This document shows, one piece after another, positions 24,846 to 39,577 of a DNA stretch of 64,000 bases. Under the pieces are notes generated by a model, which saw only the letters and a list, made by a program, of their open reading frames with translations, was not told the origin of the DNA and made no database searches. Numbering within the stretch: the first letter of the stretch is position 1; every line of letters starts with the position of its first letter. The translations under genes were made by a program, and so were the position numbers. The DNA comes from Eledone cirrhosa. Lineage: Eukaryota. The DNA is taken from NCBI GenBank assembly GCA_964016885.1, contig OZ024740.1, positions 181,598,001 to 181,662,000 on the forward strand, written 5' to 3'.

Positions 24846-26317
24846 GCATGCTACTGTACGTCTGTATACATATATGTATGTACGTATACATACATACTTA
24901 CATTTAAGTAAGTGCCGTACTAAGAGTGAGAAATGTAATTTCGTTTTCATTTTATTACAACTTATATATATGTTATCGTTGATATTTTACCCCAAGCCGA
25001 TCTTCGTTAACGAGACCTATAATCAAGGGCATCCAAGCCGTGACAATTCCAGTAAATTTATACATGTTATATCAACGTTCAAATCATCATTTTTAAGAAG
25101 AAATACTGTGATTTCAGGATTATGTTGTTGTTATTTTCTGCAGATAGATCGACCACTAAGATGGTCGCTCTCTGCTTTCTCTAATTACAGGATTTTATTT
25201 TCTTCCAAAATGACATTATTCCACATCGAATTCAATGTCACACCGAAGATATCTCAGGCAGAGATCAAATACGATTTCATGAAGTATGCTATTGCCTGTG
25301 AGATCAAACGTGTTGAGTTAACTTAATTATATCATAAGCCAAGATATTTACAGCTAGATGAGTCAGTATTCAGCTTGACATCCAGTTAGAATGTTGGAAG
25401 ATTATGCAATGTCTTCAACGTTTGGTTCTCTGAATGGTTCCCGGCGACAACACTTTACTCTTATTAACCTAGTCTTTATAATACTAATTATGTACCGCAT
25501 GACGTGAGACATATCATAGCAGCACGCATTAAGAGTACTTTAAATTTAAATTTCATAAATGTTTCGTTAGATTTCTCTTGGCGCATTCAATATTTCCAAT
25601 CGAAATATATTTAAGATGGCTGCGATTCTGCAGACTATCATGCATTTATTTCACTCCATTAGCATACAGTTTTAAATAGCATTTCAAAAGCGTACTTGAT
25701 TACAAACGCAATGTGATCCGTCCGTTCATGTGCCATGAACGTAGGGGCACTATGGTAACACCAGGTATTTAAACTCGCCCCCCCCCCCCATCTCTCCACT
25801 TCTGAACACAACTGATTACTTCCAGAGAATGAGTGGGAATTGGAGAAAGAAAGATATAGGAAGAACGTCATCTATTATAGTGCTGACACTTTATTTATTA
25901 GGAACAAAAAGATGAAAGACAGACTATATATTGATTGGATTTGAAGGGCACCGGAACATATAGCGCAAAGCATTCTATCAGATTTTCTAACGACTGTGCC
26001 ATTTCAATAACACTGTGATTCTAAACAACTCAATATGTAACAATTGAACTTCTAAAAGATAACATCAATTTCAGCTTTCTGGTTTTATAGATCACTAAAC
26101 GACCCGTGACCGATTGGATCACGTTCACTTCAAAATATTTTTTTTTAAATCATGCTCACTTGAAAATAATTTTTAAATAATTGAAATATACACATGTATA
26201 AAATATGAAATGAAACTGGAAGGCCCATATATATATGTGTGTGTGTATGTATATATTAATATATATATATATATAAATGTGTGTATGTATATATATATAT
26301 AAATGTGTATATATATA

Positions 26318-26348
<31 letters not shown>

Positions 26349-26489
26349 GGGGGGGGGCGTGATCTACATACACTGGTCATAGACAACACCAACTGTCTCC
26401 CTCTCTCTGTCTCTCTTTCAATCTACTCTCTCACAGCCACTCTCTCTGTCTCTTAATCTCTCTCCCCCCTCCCTCCCTCTCTCTGTTTA

Positions 26490-26685
26490 TGAAGGTACCC
26501 GGAAACCCCATATCTCGGGAATCCGTGCTCTGATTTACGCGAAACTTTTTTTATTCTATTTGTATTCCCATTTCAGGGTCAACTTCCTTCCAAAGTAGTT
26601 TCCCATTATGTACTCTGTTGGCTGTATTGCATTACAGACAAGCAAGCTAGCAAGCAATCACAGAGTTTTAGTAGTATGTAGATAT
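26490..26685 (-). mobile_element. Second copy of the Helitron-like repeat
   Basis: Diverged reverse complement of 14640-14830. Confidence 0.45.
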
Positions 26686-27384
26686 ATTTTCAAGTGTAGC
26701 AGAGTAGTAGAAAGACAGTAGAATTTAAAATTGAATGTTGTGTAGCCTTTTGTCACATTCCTTTAACCTCCTGGCTCAAAGTAATCTATGGTCATCAACT
26801 TTGCTCATTATTATTTCGGAGCCAATAGAGTAGGAATTAGATATTGGTTCAATGGAGTACCCTTCTTCACAACATACTTGGAGCTGTTTTCTATGTAAAA
26901 TATCATAATCTGTTGTTCTTTCATATCTCAATGCTTCGATTACCAGATTTTTATATATATGAAAATGTTTCATTCGGTAATAATCCAATAACTGTATTAA
27001 CATTGAAGTAATTTATAAATCAGTTAGCAGCTTTCAGGTATTTCATCTTTATAATTTTGAAATAAAGCGCTTATGCAATAGATTATTTAATTAAGATAAT
27101 ATAAATTGACCATTTGACATAGGTTATGGTAGCTGAATTATAATACATCTACCTAGGTGTATATAATATAATATCAAAGTTTACGCCCTTACAATGGTCA
27201 CATCATTTTACGTAAAATGTATTCTGATCTTGACATATTCTCTTTCTACAATGATAGATCAATGTGTCAAATGTCAACGAAGGTCTGGTAAATCTGGGAT
27301 TAAATACAATCTGATAATATTGTTGCATTATGGATGAGTTAACCTAAAGAAAAAATTACCTCATCCTAAATATTCATCGAACTA

Positions 27385-27486
<102 letters not shown>

Positions 27487-27941
27487 ACTTCCAGCCCTAC
27501 ACAACATTTTTAATTAAACACCATATGATAGTTTAGCTACTGACAGCTGTCCGTTACATTAGAAATATATTGATTCGTCTGTTATTACGCTTTTGCTCGG
27601 TGTGGGTGAAAAAGTGTTAATCCTTTAACAAAATCAAATCTATTAGAATTGCACGCTGACACAATGAGAAATATTTCAATAAGCAACGCCTAGATCAATA
27701 TTTTACACTCTCGGGACAGAGGAGTGGTAGGCATCGTGGAATATTGATCTAATTTCATTCCAATGATTTAGTTAAGCCTCTTCAGATTTTGAGTTCAAAT
27801 TCTGATGATTTGCTGAACGCAGACGTAACGCAAGTGAGTGAATAGAGAAAGAATAGCCCTCTCTAGCTTTGGATATGATTACGTAAAAGCAATGAAACAC
27901 GTGTTAGGTAATATCATATGACAAATTTTTCTGACTCTTTT

Positions 27942-28013
<72 letters not shown>

Positions 28014-28205
28014 AGGGTGTTAAAGTTTGCTTGAAGCATTGTGAAATGTGTAAAATACGTAGTTTAGAAAGCCACAACAATGCAGATGGGAAATCTCGAG
28101 GTAGGAAGTGAATGATAGATAGGAGAAATAGGAGGAAGCGAAAATTGAGAGAGACAAAGATGAAAACAAAACAAAGGTAGAAGGGTTACCGTAGTGGAGA
28201 TTTAA

Positions 28206-28241
28206 TCCCAATATTTCGGGCTCACGCCCATCAACGGGGGA
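28206..28241 (-). ncRNA. Hammerhead-fold motif with atypical CCGTTGA core
   Basis: Minus: tccc-CCGTTGA-t-gggc-gtga-gccc-GAAA-ta-TT-ggga; lies ~200 bp from a (TA)n boundary. Confidence 0.55.
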
Positions 28242-28923
28242 AAGTTCCAAAAAGGGGGGGGGGACCAGGCTAACCCGGAGAAAGTTGTGATGTCGTTAAA
28301 ACAGGAATGCCGTTATGGGGAGAAAATTTAAATGAGGGAAAGAATGCGCGTGCGCGTGATAGGCTGTGGCAAAAGCTACTGACCAAATGGGTTAAATCAA
28401 GAGGGTGCGCTAGCGCGTGAAAGCCGTAAAATATGTGTGTGTAAATATATATGTGTGTGTAACTGTGTGTGTATATGTGTAAGTGTGTATATATGTGTGT
28501 GTGTGTGTGTGTGTGAAAGACAGTGGGCTGTAGAAGCTGGAAATCAAAGGGTGTGAAAGGTGGTAGGTTGTAAAACATGTGTGCGTGTATAAATATAGAT
28601 GTGTGTGTGTAACTGTGTGTGTATATGTGTAAGTGTGTATATGTGAGAGTGCGTGTGTGTGTGAAAGATAGTGGGCTGTAGAAGCCCACTATCAATTTTT
28701 TAAGCTAACTCCAACAATAACAACACTTAGAATGAGGAATGTTCTAATAACTGACCAATGAGAGGAGAAGAGGACCTTTGACACTGAAATTCATTTGTTT
28801 GAATTCATATGATTCCAGTTCCTCAGTGAAATAACAACCCAACCAGGAACTGGGCATATCAGAGTATTGACAATATTATACACCTCAACAACATATGTAC
28901 TTGTCTATACCATACTAATTCAA

Positions 28924-28978
28924 ACTGCCTGAAGAGGTCACAGCCAAAGATGGCTGTCACTGAAATATATATAGCAGT
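28924..28978 (+). ncRNA. Type I hammerhead ribozyme
   Basis: actgc-CTGAAGA-ggtcacagcca-aaga-tggctgtcact-GAAA-tatata-TA-gcagt, then AATAAA and (TA)n. Confidence 0.85.
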
Positions 28979-29023
28979 AATAAACGAAGCTAAATTTTAA
29001 TCATTTGACTTTTTATTTAACTT

Positions 29024-29109
<86 letters not shown>

Positions 29110-31245
29110 CATCTCGCTCCAGTGACTTCTATTCTCCTTAGTCTCTCCTCCATCTATGACAATTTTGTTTTCTGTTCTTCGAAAACTAAATGTTAGAAAT
29201 TATTGATGCCTGTTTATAACGAAACTAGGAAATTGCATGCATATTTGTCAAATTATGTTCCATTCTTAATGAAAATTGATGGTTGCTTTTTTCTTTGTTG
29301 TATAGAGTTTGATAGAGCAAGTCATAACCAAAGGCATTGCCGTTAAGATCTTTTCAGCATTTCTTCTTTAATCATAGTGTATTATAGATTATAACATCCT
29401 ACACTCTAATAACATTTTTATTTTAAGACGTTATGTTGTTATTTGAGTAAGTTGGCTGTTAATTCTAACGATTCGAAATAGTAGAACATTTGACGAAATA
29501 TCACGCTATATTTAAATAAATGTTGTATCATTAATTCTGTGTTTTAATGACTAATCATTAATTTCATAAAATGAGAGATCAAATTTCATAGTCATATATT
29601 GATCGGATGAAATTTTTCAAGATAAAATCCTCATTGCTTTAAGTGAAACATTTGCATTTGGAAATGTACTTTTATATGGAAGCGAGAATGTGTGCCGTTG
29701 TTAAAGTTAAGAAATCCACTTCACAACTATGCTGTTTCCGATTCGACTCCAGTGTATGATGGCAGGACACTTGCGAATTTTAGCCCATTTAGTCCTAGTT
29801 ACCAGCACATAAAGCTACATTTCGCCACTGCTTTAATCTTCACCAAACTACGCTAATGTAAGCACACGCCATTCGTGTTTTGTGTGTAACCTCCGTTATT
29901 TCCAGTCGTTTGATCAAGTGGTTGAGAATTTTCCAGACACGTGTACACTTAAGTAACTTCCATGGATTTTCAGCATGGCACCTGTTATGATGGGGCTACC
30001 CTTTTGAACTGTAAGTACATTTCTCTCAGCTGAGTGTAATGGATTAACATGAAACAATGTATTGTGCTCAAGGACACATCATTCAACCGGGAATCGAATT
30101 GACGTCCACACGATTTTAAGACGAAGAACCTAACCACTAAATTCTCACTATGACATTCGCAAGTCACTGCTCTAACTACAATCTCACCCCTTTCGGTTTT
30201 TCTTCCATTTCAACCACACAAATAACACAGCCTCTTATATTCAACCCATTCTCAACAATATTTCACACCAACTCATTTATGTCACCATTCACTACCCATA
30301 GTATTGGCTTTCAGAATTTCCCGACCTATTCCCTACGAAATATTCTTTTTATTTAAATTCATTTTCCAACGGACGCCCTACAACATTTGTTCCGTTCCCA
30401 AATTGTTATACCGTGAGAATAACAATCGAAATTTCGAAATATTTATAATGAAAGACGAATTGCTACTCAATAGTGTGTGCAAATATTTGTAACGGTGAAC
30501 TTGAAATTTTGAAATTAGCTCATGGACCCCAGGATACAAATCTCGGAACTAGTACTTCTAAAAATACATTCTCCCTTTCTCTTCACACTGCACTCCTACA
30601 TATTGCCCATTCCATCCAACAACAATTATTCCCTTTCATTCTTTTATGTCAAAGGGTAAATGGTCCATCAAGTTTGCTTACTTCCGTCATATATTCATAC
30701 GCAGCTGTTTATATCGACATCGAAAGGATGAAAGTTGGCCTCAGGGAAATTTGAACTGAGAGAGCAAAGAGGTGGATGGAATACTGCATAGCACTCAATC
30801 AGACGTTCTAATGACCCTGCCAATTCGGGGCCTACTTTCAATACATGATCGACATTACATCACCGTTCAACATACTTTTCTCTGTCAGAAACGATGTACT
30901 TTTCCCCACTGCTATGTCCCTATTGATTATGAGGGTGGGAGATGGCAACTTTCACTTCGTCCATCCTGTACGGAATTTATTCCAACTAATGTCATATTAG
31001 TATAGGAAACATATATTGGTTTTGTCGAGAGCTGCTCTAAGCTTCAGGTCTATGGATACAAGCTCATTGCTCCAGTACCTGACTCGAAATACAATGTTGT
31101 CATTTACATCAGGCATGCTATTATAGAATTCTCTGTTCTTCAGGAGTGCTGCACGAATGACATGTATTGCTACTGTTAGCGTCGGCGACCTTACCATCAC
31201 TAACGGTTTACAAGCCCGCCGAGAATTACTTGGCTCTCTCCTGTT

Positions 31246-33610
31246 TTGAAAGCCCACTCCTATCCGGAGCTGCATACTGGTGACTTCAACAACCACCACT
31301 CTTCATGGGTCTCTGCGACAGACAACGAGGCTGGTGAACTGTTGGAGGCATGGGCTTCAGCCTGTAACCGCAATATTCTCTGTATTGCTCAACAATCTGG
31401 AACGTTCCATTATAGTCGTTGGAAGAAGAAATACAACCCAGACATCTACTACCTATCCAAATCAATTAATGGATTTCCTGTTCAGACTTCTCGCAAGATA
31501 CTCCCTCACTCCCCGCACAGCCAACATAGACCAGCTGTCATATGCATCGGCATAGAGATTTCTGTAGTACAATTCAAACCACTAACATGATGGAACATCA
31601 GGAAGGCTGAGTGAGAATCCTTCTGCTCAGGGGTGGTGGAACAAATCATCAGAACCTGTGCCCGAGAATTGCTTTTCATTTTGTAGGATTCTGAATGTCG
31701 CTGATAAGAAACACATCCCACGAGGCTTCGGTCAATTTTACACATCGTGCTGGTTCCCAGAATCTGAAGAGCTTCTCCAGAGTGAGAGACCTCAGTTGAT
31801 CCAGGCATTACTATGAAACCCCTAGACTCTCTTGACTCAGCTAGACGGACACGCTGGCAGATGGTGGAAGATTTGGATTTCACTCACTCTAGTAGTAAAA
31901 CGACTCGGTGCAGTATATCCCGTTCAGTATCAACCACCAAAAATAACTGCTAATGCAGTTACATCATGCCTAATTTTCAAATCCTAGGTACCTTCAACGA
32001 AGGAGGCACGTCAAGAAGTCCATACGTATCTTCCATCAGCCTACTTATTTTCACCAAAGAGTACACCACTTACTAGACCTTTCACCCTAACTGAGATAGA
32101 TATCGGCCTTTCACCCATCAAACGAGGCAAGGCGGCAGGAATTGATGGTGTCTATTCTGAATTCCTTAAGAACTTCGGCCTACATGCCCGAGACTAGATG
32201 GCTTCTCTCTTCACAGTCATCCACTTAACTGGGGTCATTCCAAAGAATTGGAGAGAGGCCAAGATCATCACCATCCCAAAATACAGGAGACCTGCAATAT
32301 ACCGGCCACTCTCTCACATCTGTATCTCTTACAAGCTATTTGAACGGCTTGGTTAGACTTGGTCCTTTAGTAGGACCAACCGCGCCTAAGGAGCAAGCAG
32401 GCTTCAGACTACAAATGAGTTGCACTGATTAAGTCCTCACTCTCATTGCCTTTATCAAAGCTGTCTTCCAATATAGTCTGAAGACAGAGACTGTTCTGCT
32501 CGACCTCGTATCTGCATACGATACTCTATGGAGAAGCGGCCTTCTTTAACCTCTACGTAAGTGATATGCCCACGACAACCTCGAGGAAATTTGCATACGC
32601 AAATGACCTTGCCTTGGCTACCCAATCTACTGGCTTTGACGAATTTAACTTTACACTCACAGAAGACCTGAAGAAGATGAAAGACTACTACTCCTACTGG
32701 TGCCTTCGGCCCAAACCATGCAGGATTACAGTGACTAAAAATACATTCCGCCACCAGACAAGCTAAGATGGAACTCAAGGTCTACTTTTGTAGTAGACCT
32801 GTCAAAAATGAACCACGTCCCAAATATTTTGGTGTAACATTGGATCGCAGCCTTACCTACCGGAAGGTTCAAGACCAGGATTAACATCCACGTTAGCTGG
32901 GAGCAGCTGGGGCTGTGATGCACATACACTCCGAACTTCGTGTTTATCACTTGCATACTAAGATGCAGAGTACTATTCACCGGTCTAGACAGGGAGCTGT
33001 CATACCAAGTTGACATTATCCTCAATTCGCCAATGAGAATAGTATCTGGCACACTGAAATCTACACCAACTTAGTGGGCACCTGTCTTTCTCACATACGA
33101 TGTCAGGAAATGATCTGCAAGGTAGCACTTCTAACTAAATCCAAGTCCGAACTTCCCATCCGGGAAAACCTGGAAAATCTTCTCAACATGCGCTTGCAAG
33201 CACGCAAACCATTCCGAAAATCAATGAAAACCCTTGAAGCAATTATATTTGATCTAAGGGAAGAGTAGCGAAGCTCATAGAATGAATTAAAATTGCCAAC
33301 CAAAACCTCATCCAGGACTCCACCTTTGAATCGGTCTGCTTTGACTTTTTTGGAAGGCAATGGGTGTCCCTTAATCGGATCCGCGCACCACATGCCAGGC
33401 CAGCCCATCATCTCCATTGATAGAACATGAAAGACAGCCCAGAATGTGATTCTGGGAACCCAGATCGGACAGTGCTGCATGTTGTTCAGGGTGGCTACCT
33501 CGGACTTTTATCCGGCGGCCTAGAAGCAATCCATAATGCTGCAAATGAGGCCTTAGCCTGGCTCACCGGTCTCGATCTGTTTCTCTGGTTATTGTGCATA
33601 TGAAACACGA
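31246..33610 (+). pseudogene. Decayed LINE ORF2 (APE endonuclease + RT), Ingi/Vingi-like
   Basis: GDFNNHH (31279), GKAAGIDG (~32126), EQAGFR (~32391), FAYANDL (~32590), KYFGVTLDRSLTY (~32822), LAGSSWG; many stops and frameshifts. Confidence 0.75.
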
Positions 33611-34212
33611 AGGGAACGTAAAACATTTTCCTCCTACTATTTGTTCTAACTATCTTTCTTGAAAAAGGAAATTCTATTCGTAATATCAATACATTTTCCT
33701 TTTTTCCTAACATAATGCATTCGTTTTGTTCTGCAGTGTTTATTTTGTGTGTGTGTTCTTTGGTTTTGCACATAAACTGATTTCTACCAATAGTAACTTC
33801 CGTATTGTCTCGAAAGAATCGATAGTGTTGACGTTTATGATGTGATTAAAGCAATAAGGATATGGGAAATGAGAACTTGGTGTAATCAATATCAAATTGA
33901 TAATTGTGGATTAAAAGGATCTCCAATCCTCAAAGCAAAAGATGAAAATATCTAATTGTACTGAAGGTCAAAGAGACGATAATTAATAACGTCGAGATGA
34001 CTTGTAATAATTATGGTAATAATCATTAATGTATTAATGACTCGCAATAAACTCTTGGTTCACATGTCATTATCCATATAACACTGGCCTGCTTCAATGC
34101 AGAGATCAGATAGAGAGAAAGACAAGCAGAAAGATAGTCATACAGACAAATACTATATATACATATATATATATATATATACAGAGGGAGAGAGGGAGAG
34201 AGAGAGAGAGAG

Positions 34213-34291
<79 letters not shown>

Positions 34292-34389
34292 AATAGAGGG
34301 TGGTGGAAGGGAGGGATAAATAAATAGTTAGACATATACATACAAACAAAGAAACAGACGTACAAACATACATACATGCATACATAATG

Positions 34390-34872
34390 ACTGCAAACTC
34401 TGCTAAGAGTATCGCAATCGCTTGTCGGATTACAGAGTTTGGTGCACTTTTAGGCTACAGCCAGCCATACAAACCTGTAACATATCCAGAACAAACAATG
34501 CCTGTGCTTTGAAGGAACAATGCCACTCTCTGAGCATCGAACACACTACCGGGAAAGGAGAACTGGTCAACATCATCGGATGCTTCCGAAAGCGTAGGTG
34601 TTTCCAACAGTTCCCCTCTCCCAGAAAGGTTTTGTGACAACTAGGGACCTTTCATTCCCAGGTGAAAACAAAAGTACTATTTGCATGACCGTCAACTCTG
34701 CAGAGTTCATCCGCCTTTTGCCGGGTTTTGTATTTTATCCCGCAGGGTGTCCAAATATCACCCTCCTTACCAAGCAAGCTTGATGGGGATGCCTGTTTAG
34801 TCGCCGACGACCCGACCATGAGACAAGTTGTACTGGATTACATGTTACCGGTAGCACTCGAGAGTGACCTGA
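34390..34872. mobile_element. ~500-bp dispersed repeat flanked by (TACA)n
   Basis: Colinear with 20752-21285. Confidence 0.75.
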
Positions 34873-35249
34873 CATAAATACATACATACATACAACGAGA
34901 GTGAAGCATGTTCTTGTGGACAGAAACAAAACAACACAAATAATGCTATCGTATATTTCAAAAATAGGACCTAGAAAATACTATCAGATATGTGTCAATA
35001 CTTATTACATGTAAGCAAAAATAAAAACAATTACACTCCTCGTCTGCAAAGAGAGAAATATAAAATAGCAATAATTTTGGGGACAGTACAGGCAAAACTC
35101 TTCAAACCAAGTTTGTCACACTCAACCAAACAGTGACAGTTGTAGGCGAGAATCTCCGATATCAGAAGAGAGTGGCTGAAACGAAATGATTAATGAAAGA
35201 TTCGACCGAAACCAAACATAAGTCTATAGACATATGATGGGCAAATCAA

Positions 35250-37340
35250 TAAGTGTTACTGAGGCCCCATAGCAAAACGACATAGATTCCTTCTGGAGAA
35301 ACATATGGGATGGAAAAAAAGAAGTTAAACCAATTATCAGCGTCAATGGTGATGCACTTGAGACTGATATGAAAATTCCAATATAAGAAATCATTAGGAA
35401 GAGACTTGATTGTCGCTATTGCTACAAAAGCTGACTAACTATCGGATGTATCTTATCAACCCCTACCAGCAAACTCTCAAAGGAGATGCACATACACCAA
35501 GCTAACTGACATTGGCAAAAAGAGTATTGGTCCCCCAAATCAGAGAAACAGACCTGGCAAAAACCTTCCAGAAAATAGTGTATAAAACCTGTCTTCACCT
35601 CTTCCTCCTGGATCACTGTGACAATAAGAATATCATCATAGTTGGGGAAGTAGCTGGGAACAAATGAAATTTGAGGTATGCTGAATAACTAATTCATAAA
35701 ATGGCGATGTCAGAGGTGACAAAGGAGGAATAATGGTGCAGTCCCGCTGGACTACAGGAAAGTATTCGATTCTGTTCCCCATTTTTGGATGCTAGAAGCC
35801 GTTCGACTTCCTAAAATCCCAGAGAACCAATATTTTCCTGGGAAACTATCGAAAAGATAAATGCAGGGATGATGTCGTGTGGCCCTGTAGTAAGGGTGTT
35901 GGACATAGGAATATTATACCATGGGTTTCATTCCTGAACTGGTTTCTGTGATGTGTTCTTTAGAAGATCATTTCATTTCACGTTGCTCTTGTTTAGTCAG
36001 AGGAAAATGAGTACCAACAATAGCTGGAGGTTTAACCCTGCGATGGACTAATGTCCTGTCGAGAGGGTATTATTGTACTCCCAATCGCTTAACGCCATGG
36101 TAATCGGATGATCTTCCGGGCTCGAGGCAGACTTTAGATATTTCAAGGACACGGTCTCTCCTTGATACCATTTATACTTGCCCATTATGCTTTGGATATA
36201 TGAAGGATACATTGGTTCATAGGGGACCAGAAACACAAATCTAACACATAGAGTTTTGTGGATGACCTGAATCATTATGCCAAAAATATAAATGGCATGA
36301 AGGAAAACCTTTACCTAGTTACGACGTTCTCGAAAGATATAAGAATGGAGATTAGCCAGATTAGAAGTTCCTGTTTCTATATTATTCTAAAGCGAAGAAA
36401 ATCTACTAACCAATCTAGCAACTTCTAGCACACAATAAATCAATAGTCTTCAATGTGTTTGCTGAGTCTTGGCTGACACCAACATCTAGTCTACTTAACT
36501 GAACATTAGGTGAGATTCGAGCCATTGGTGTTAAAAGGTGAATAATTCTGGCTGGCACTGGAAACTTCCAGGTAAACAATCAAATGGACCGCATCTACCT
36601 GAAACGTAAACAGGGAGGCAGAGAGTTAACCCCATCAAACAGCATTTGAGACTCGCATCATTTCGATCCGACATCTACGAACCACCAAGCAAAGAAACCT
36701 ATCTATAGAACAGGGCTGCCTACATGAGGCAAATAACATCATGATAGTTGGAAGGAGCTTCTCATCCGCAGGATAACCAAAATATTGCACCTAAAGAAAC
36801 TGTAAACAATTATGCAATGCAGAAACTGTACAGCAATTCTATGGATGAAAAGCTGCATGCTTATCATCAAGAGAAAGTCATGCATGGCTATGTTGAAAAA
36901 AGCCTCAAAATGAGAAAAATATAGATAATCAAACTAGTTATCTTGAAATACAACCGGTATATTGGCTCTCACTTTGGATTATATGCTTTTGTAGTCCAAG
37001 AACAGGAAATAACAATGAAATAATAATATACTAAAGAGAAAGCGAGGTATACAAAACACCTAGATGTGACAACAGATCCAAATTCTACAGAATAAACTTC
37101 GAGGTTATCACTCACCTGTCCAGTGAAATCATCAGGATTTTATCTACCAATTAGTCACGATGTAGTGACCAAACTACTATGTAATGTAATCTGTAAAATG
37201 GATAGTCCTGCGAATAACATAGAAAGTTACAGTAACAAATATATACAAACATATATATACATTATATAAAGGAGTACAGGTGAAATGTTCCAGTCAAAAC
37301 CCCTATAAAATGCAAATATAACAAACCAAATATAATGACA
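35250..37340 (+). pseudogene. Heavily decayed R4/Dong-like non-LTR element, interrupted by a SINE at ~35878-36100
   Basis: FQGHGLS (~36141), FVDDL (~36255), DRIYLKRKQGGREL (~36587), VMHG, VQEQEI, HDVV. Confidence 0.65.
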
Positions 37341-37736
37341 TGATGCTTTCCGACATATGTACTATGATATTGACCTAGATTTATAGTGGATGACTGAATG
37401 TTTTTCTGCTGATTCCAAAGACTCGAAATCTACATATTTGGCTAAATAATGTATATTGTATTAAAATGCACCATATTTAATAATATGTTGCGTTTAATCT
37501 AGACGCTCACCTTCATTTTATGTTTTCCCTATCTGTAAATAATCATATATTATATTAAATATTTCTACCTCTAACATTTTCACTGTTTACTTATACCATT
37601 TCTTTATAATATTCTATTAGATCTCTGATTTGTAGCTGTTTATGTTTGTTCTTATATTTGGTAGTTTCATTGAATGTAGCTGACAGCTTTTGTTTATAAT
37701 AACAGGTATATTTGAAGTCGATGCAATTCCTATGTC

Positions 37737-37787
<51 letters not shown>

Positions 37788-38009
37788 GAGCGAGAGAGAG
37801 ATAAATAGATATAGAGGTAATTAGATAGATAGAGAGAGAGACATAGAGAGAGCGAGGGAGAGGAAGAGAGTGATAGTTAGATAGGTATATATAGAGAGAA
37901 ATTACTATTCTGTATTCAACATATTACATATTCGTATATATGTTACGCTCTTGAAAATATGAATTGTTATTTGCACACTATACGCCTACAATTTTATCAT
38001 TTAGATTTA

Positions 38010-38083
<74 letters not shown>

Positions 38084-38265
38084 TTTGTGTGTGTGTGTGT
38101 GTGTGTTTGTTTGTGTGTTTGTGTGTGTGTGTACTTAGTTAAACATTTTGTATTTTATTCGCATTCCTTTCTTTATTATTAATGTTTACAATGTACAATT
38201 ATATGGAGAAAAACGTGTTATTGCTATACTTATATATACCCACATATCTATATACTCCCGCCCCC

Positions 38266-38299
<34 letters not shown>

Positions 38300-38795
38300 T
38301 AGTGTACGTGTATGTATGTATGACTTTCAATATTAGCAATTATTAGTATTTCAACCTTTAATTTAATTTGTATCTTAAATAAGATACAAGACTTAACAGT
38401 ATACTAATTTCTACATCTCATGTCAATTGATTGAATTAATATAATTTGAATCAATTAATTTTTTTCTTATTACTTGGTCTGTAGACGTAATAGCCGAGTA
38501 CGATATATGTTCTTATTTCGGATTGTTTTTGTACTTATTCACCCCCCCCCCCCCCACACACACACACAATATACATATATATATATATACACATTTATAT
38601 TTATTTATATATATAAATATATATATATATATATACATATGTACACATATATGTACATATATATATATATATACACACATATATATATACACATATGTAC
38701 ACAAATATATACACATATATACACACACACACACACAAACATATATATATATATTTATATATATATATATACATATGTATGAGAACTCGTTTATA

Positions 38796-38874
38796 CAGGG
38801 TGTCTCATAAATATATATACACATTTGCCTGTATAGGTAATTTAAAGTCTGTATACATTTTTCGGAACACCCTG
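38796..38874. mobile_element. Tiny Tc1/mariner-type MITE
   Basis: TA-cagggtgt...acaccctg-TA terminal inverted repeats. Confidence 0.6.
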
Positions 38875-38884
38875 TATATGTATG

Positions 38885-38950
<66 letters not shown>

Positions 38951-38955
<5 letters not shown>

Positions 38956-39577
38956 ATATTAAATAAATGGAAACTATATTTATAAAACCATATTTATTTT
39001 ATTATATGTATTTTCAAGGGAAACCAAGACAACATTGGTACGCTTTGATCAGATAAAATACAAAGTTTGTTTTATAAATAGAGACATACCCATGAAAATC
39101 ATACCTTCTCGGCTGGAAATTCACTGGATAGTGGAAATATATTAGGTATTATTCAAACTTATGTGAGAATATGCAAATGAATATGTAATTAATTGAAAAA
39201 CAACCGTTTATTTAAATGACACAGGAGAAAGAGAGAGAGAAAATAGAGAGAGAGAAAAATTTTACGAGATAGATACAGAGAAGAAATTAACAAGAGGATG
39301 AATAGAACTTATATAATTAATTTGGGGGAATATATTCAATGGTACGTGTATTTACGATTAATTAGTTGTTAACATTTTATCTGATGAAAGCGTACCAATG
39401 TTGTCTTGGTTGCCCTTGAAATGTATATATAATAAAATAAATATGGTTTTATAAATATAGTTTCCATTTATTTAATATCATTGCATATTTACTCCAGTAA
39501 ACTGTTGAGTGCTCTAAATCAGTTATAAACATTTATATTTGTCGGACTTCCAACAAATTAAATACCACTTCTACTTA
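38951..39577 (+). mobile_element. Family A HHR element with inverted arms and tail
   Basis: 38951-39060 is the reverse complement of 39374-39483; tail actc(39491)...gagtgctct(39507); (TA)n both sides. Confidence 0.85.
39374..39438 (+). ncRNA. Type I hammerhead (inverted copy 38996-39059 has CTGATCA)
   Basis: attttat-CTGATGA-aag..accaa...ttggt..ctt-GAAA-tgtatata-TA-ataaaat; 7-bp stem I. Confidence 0.85.
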
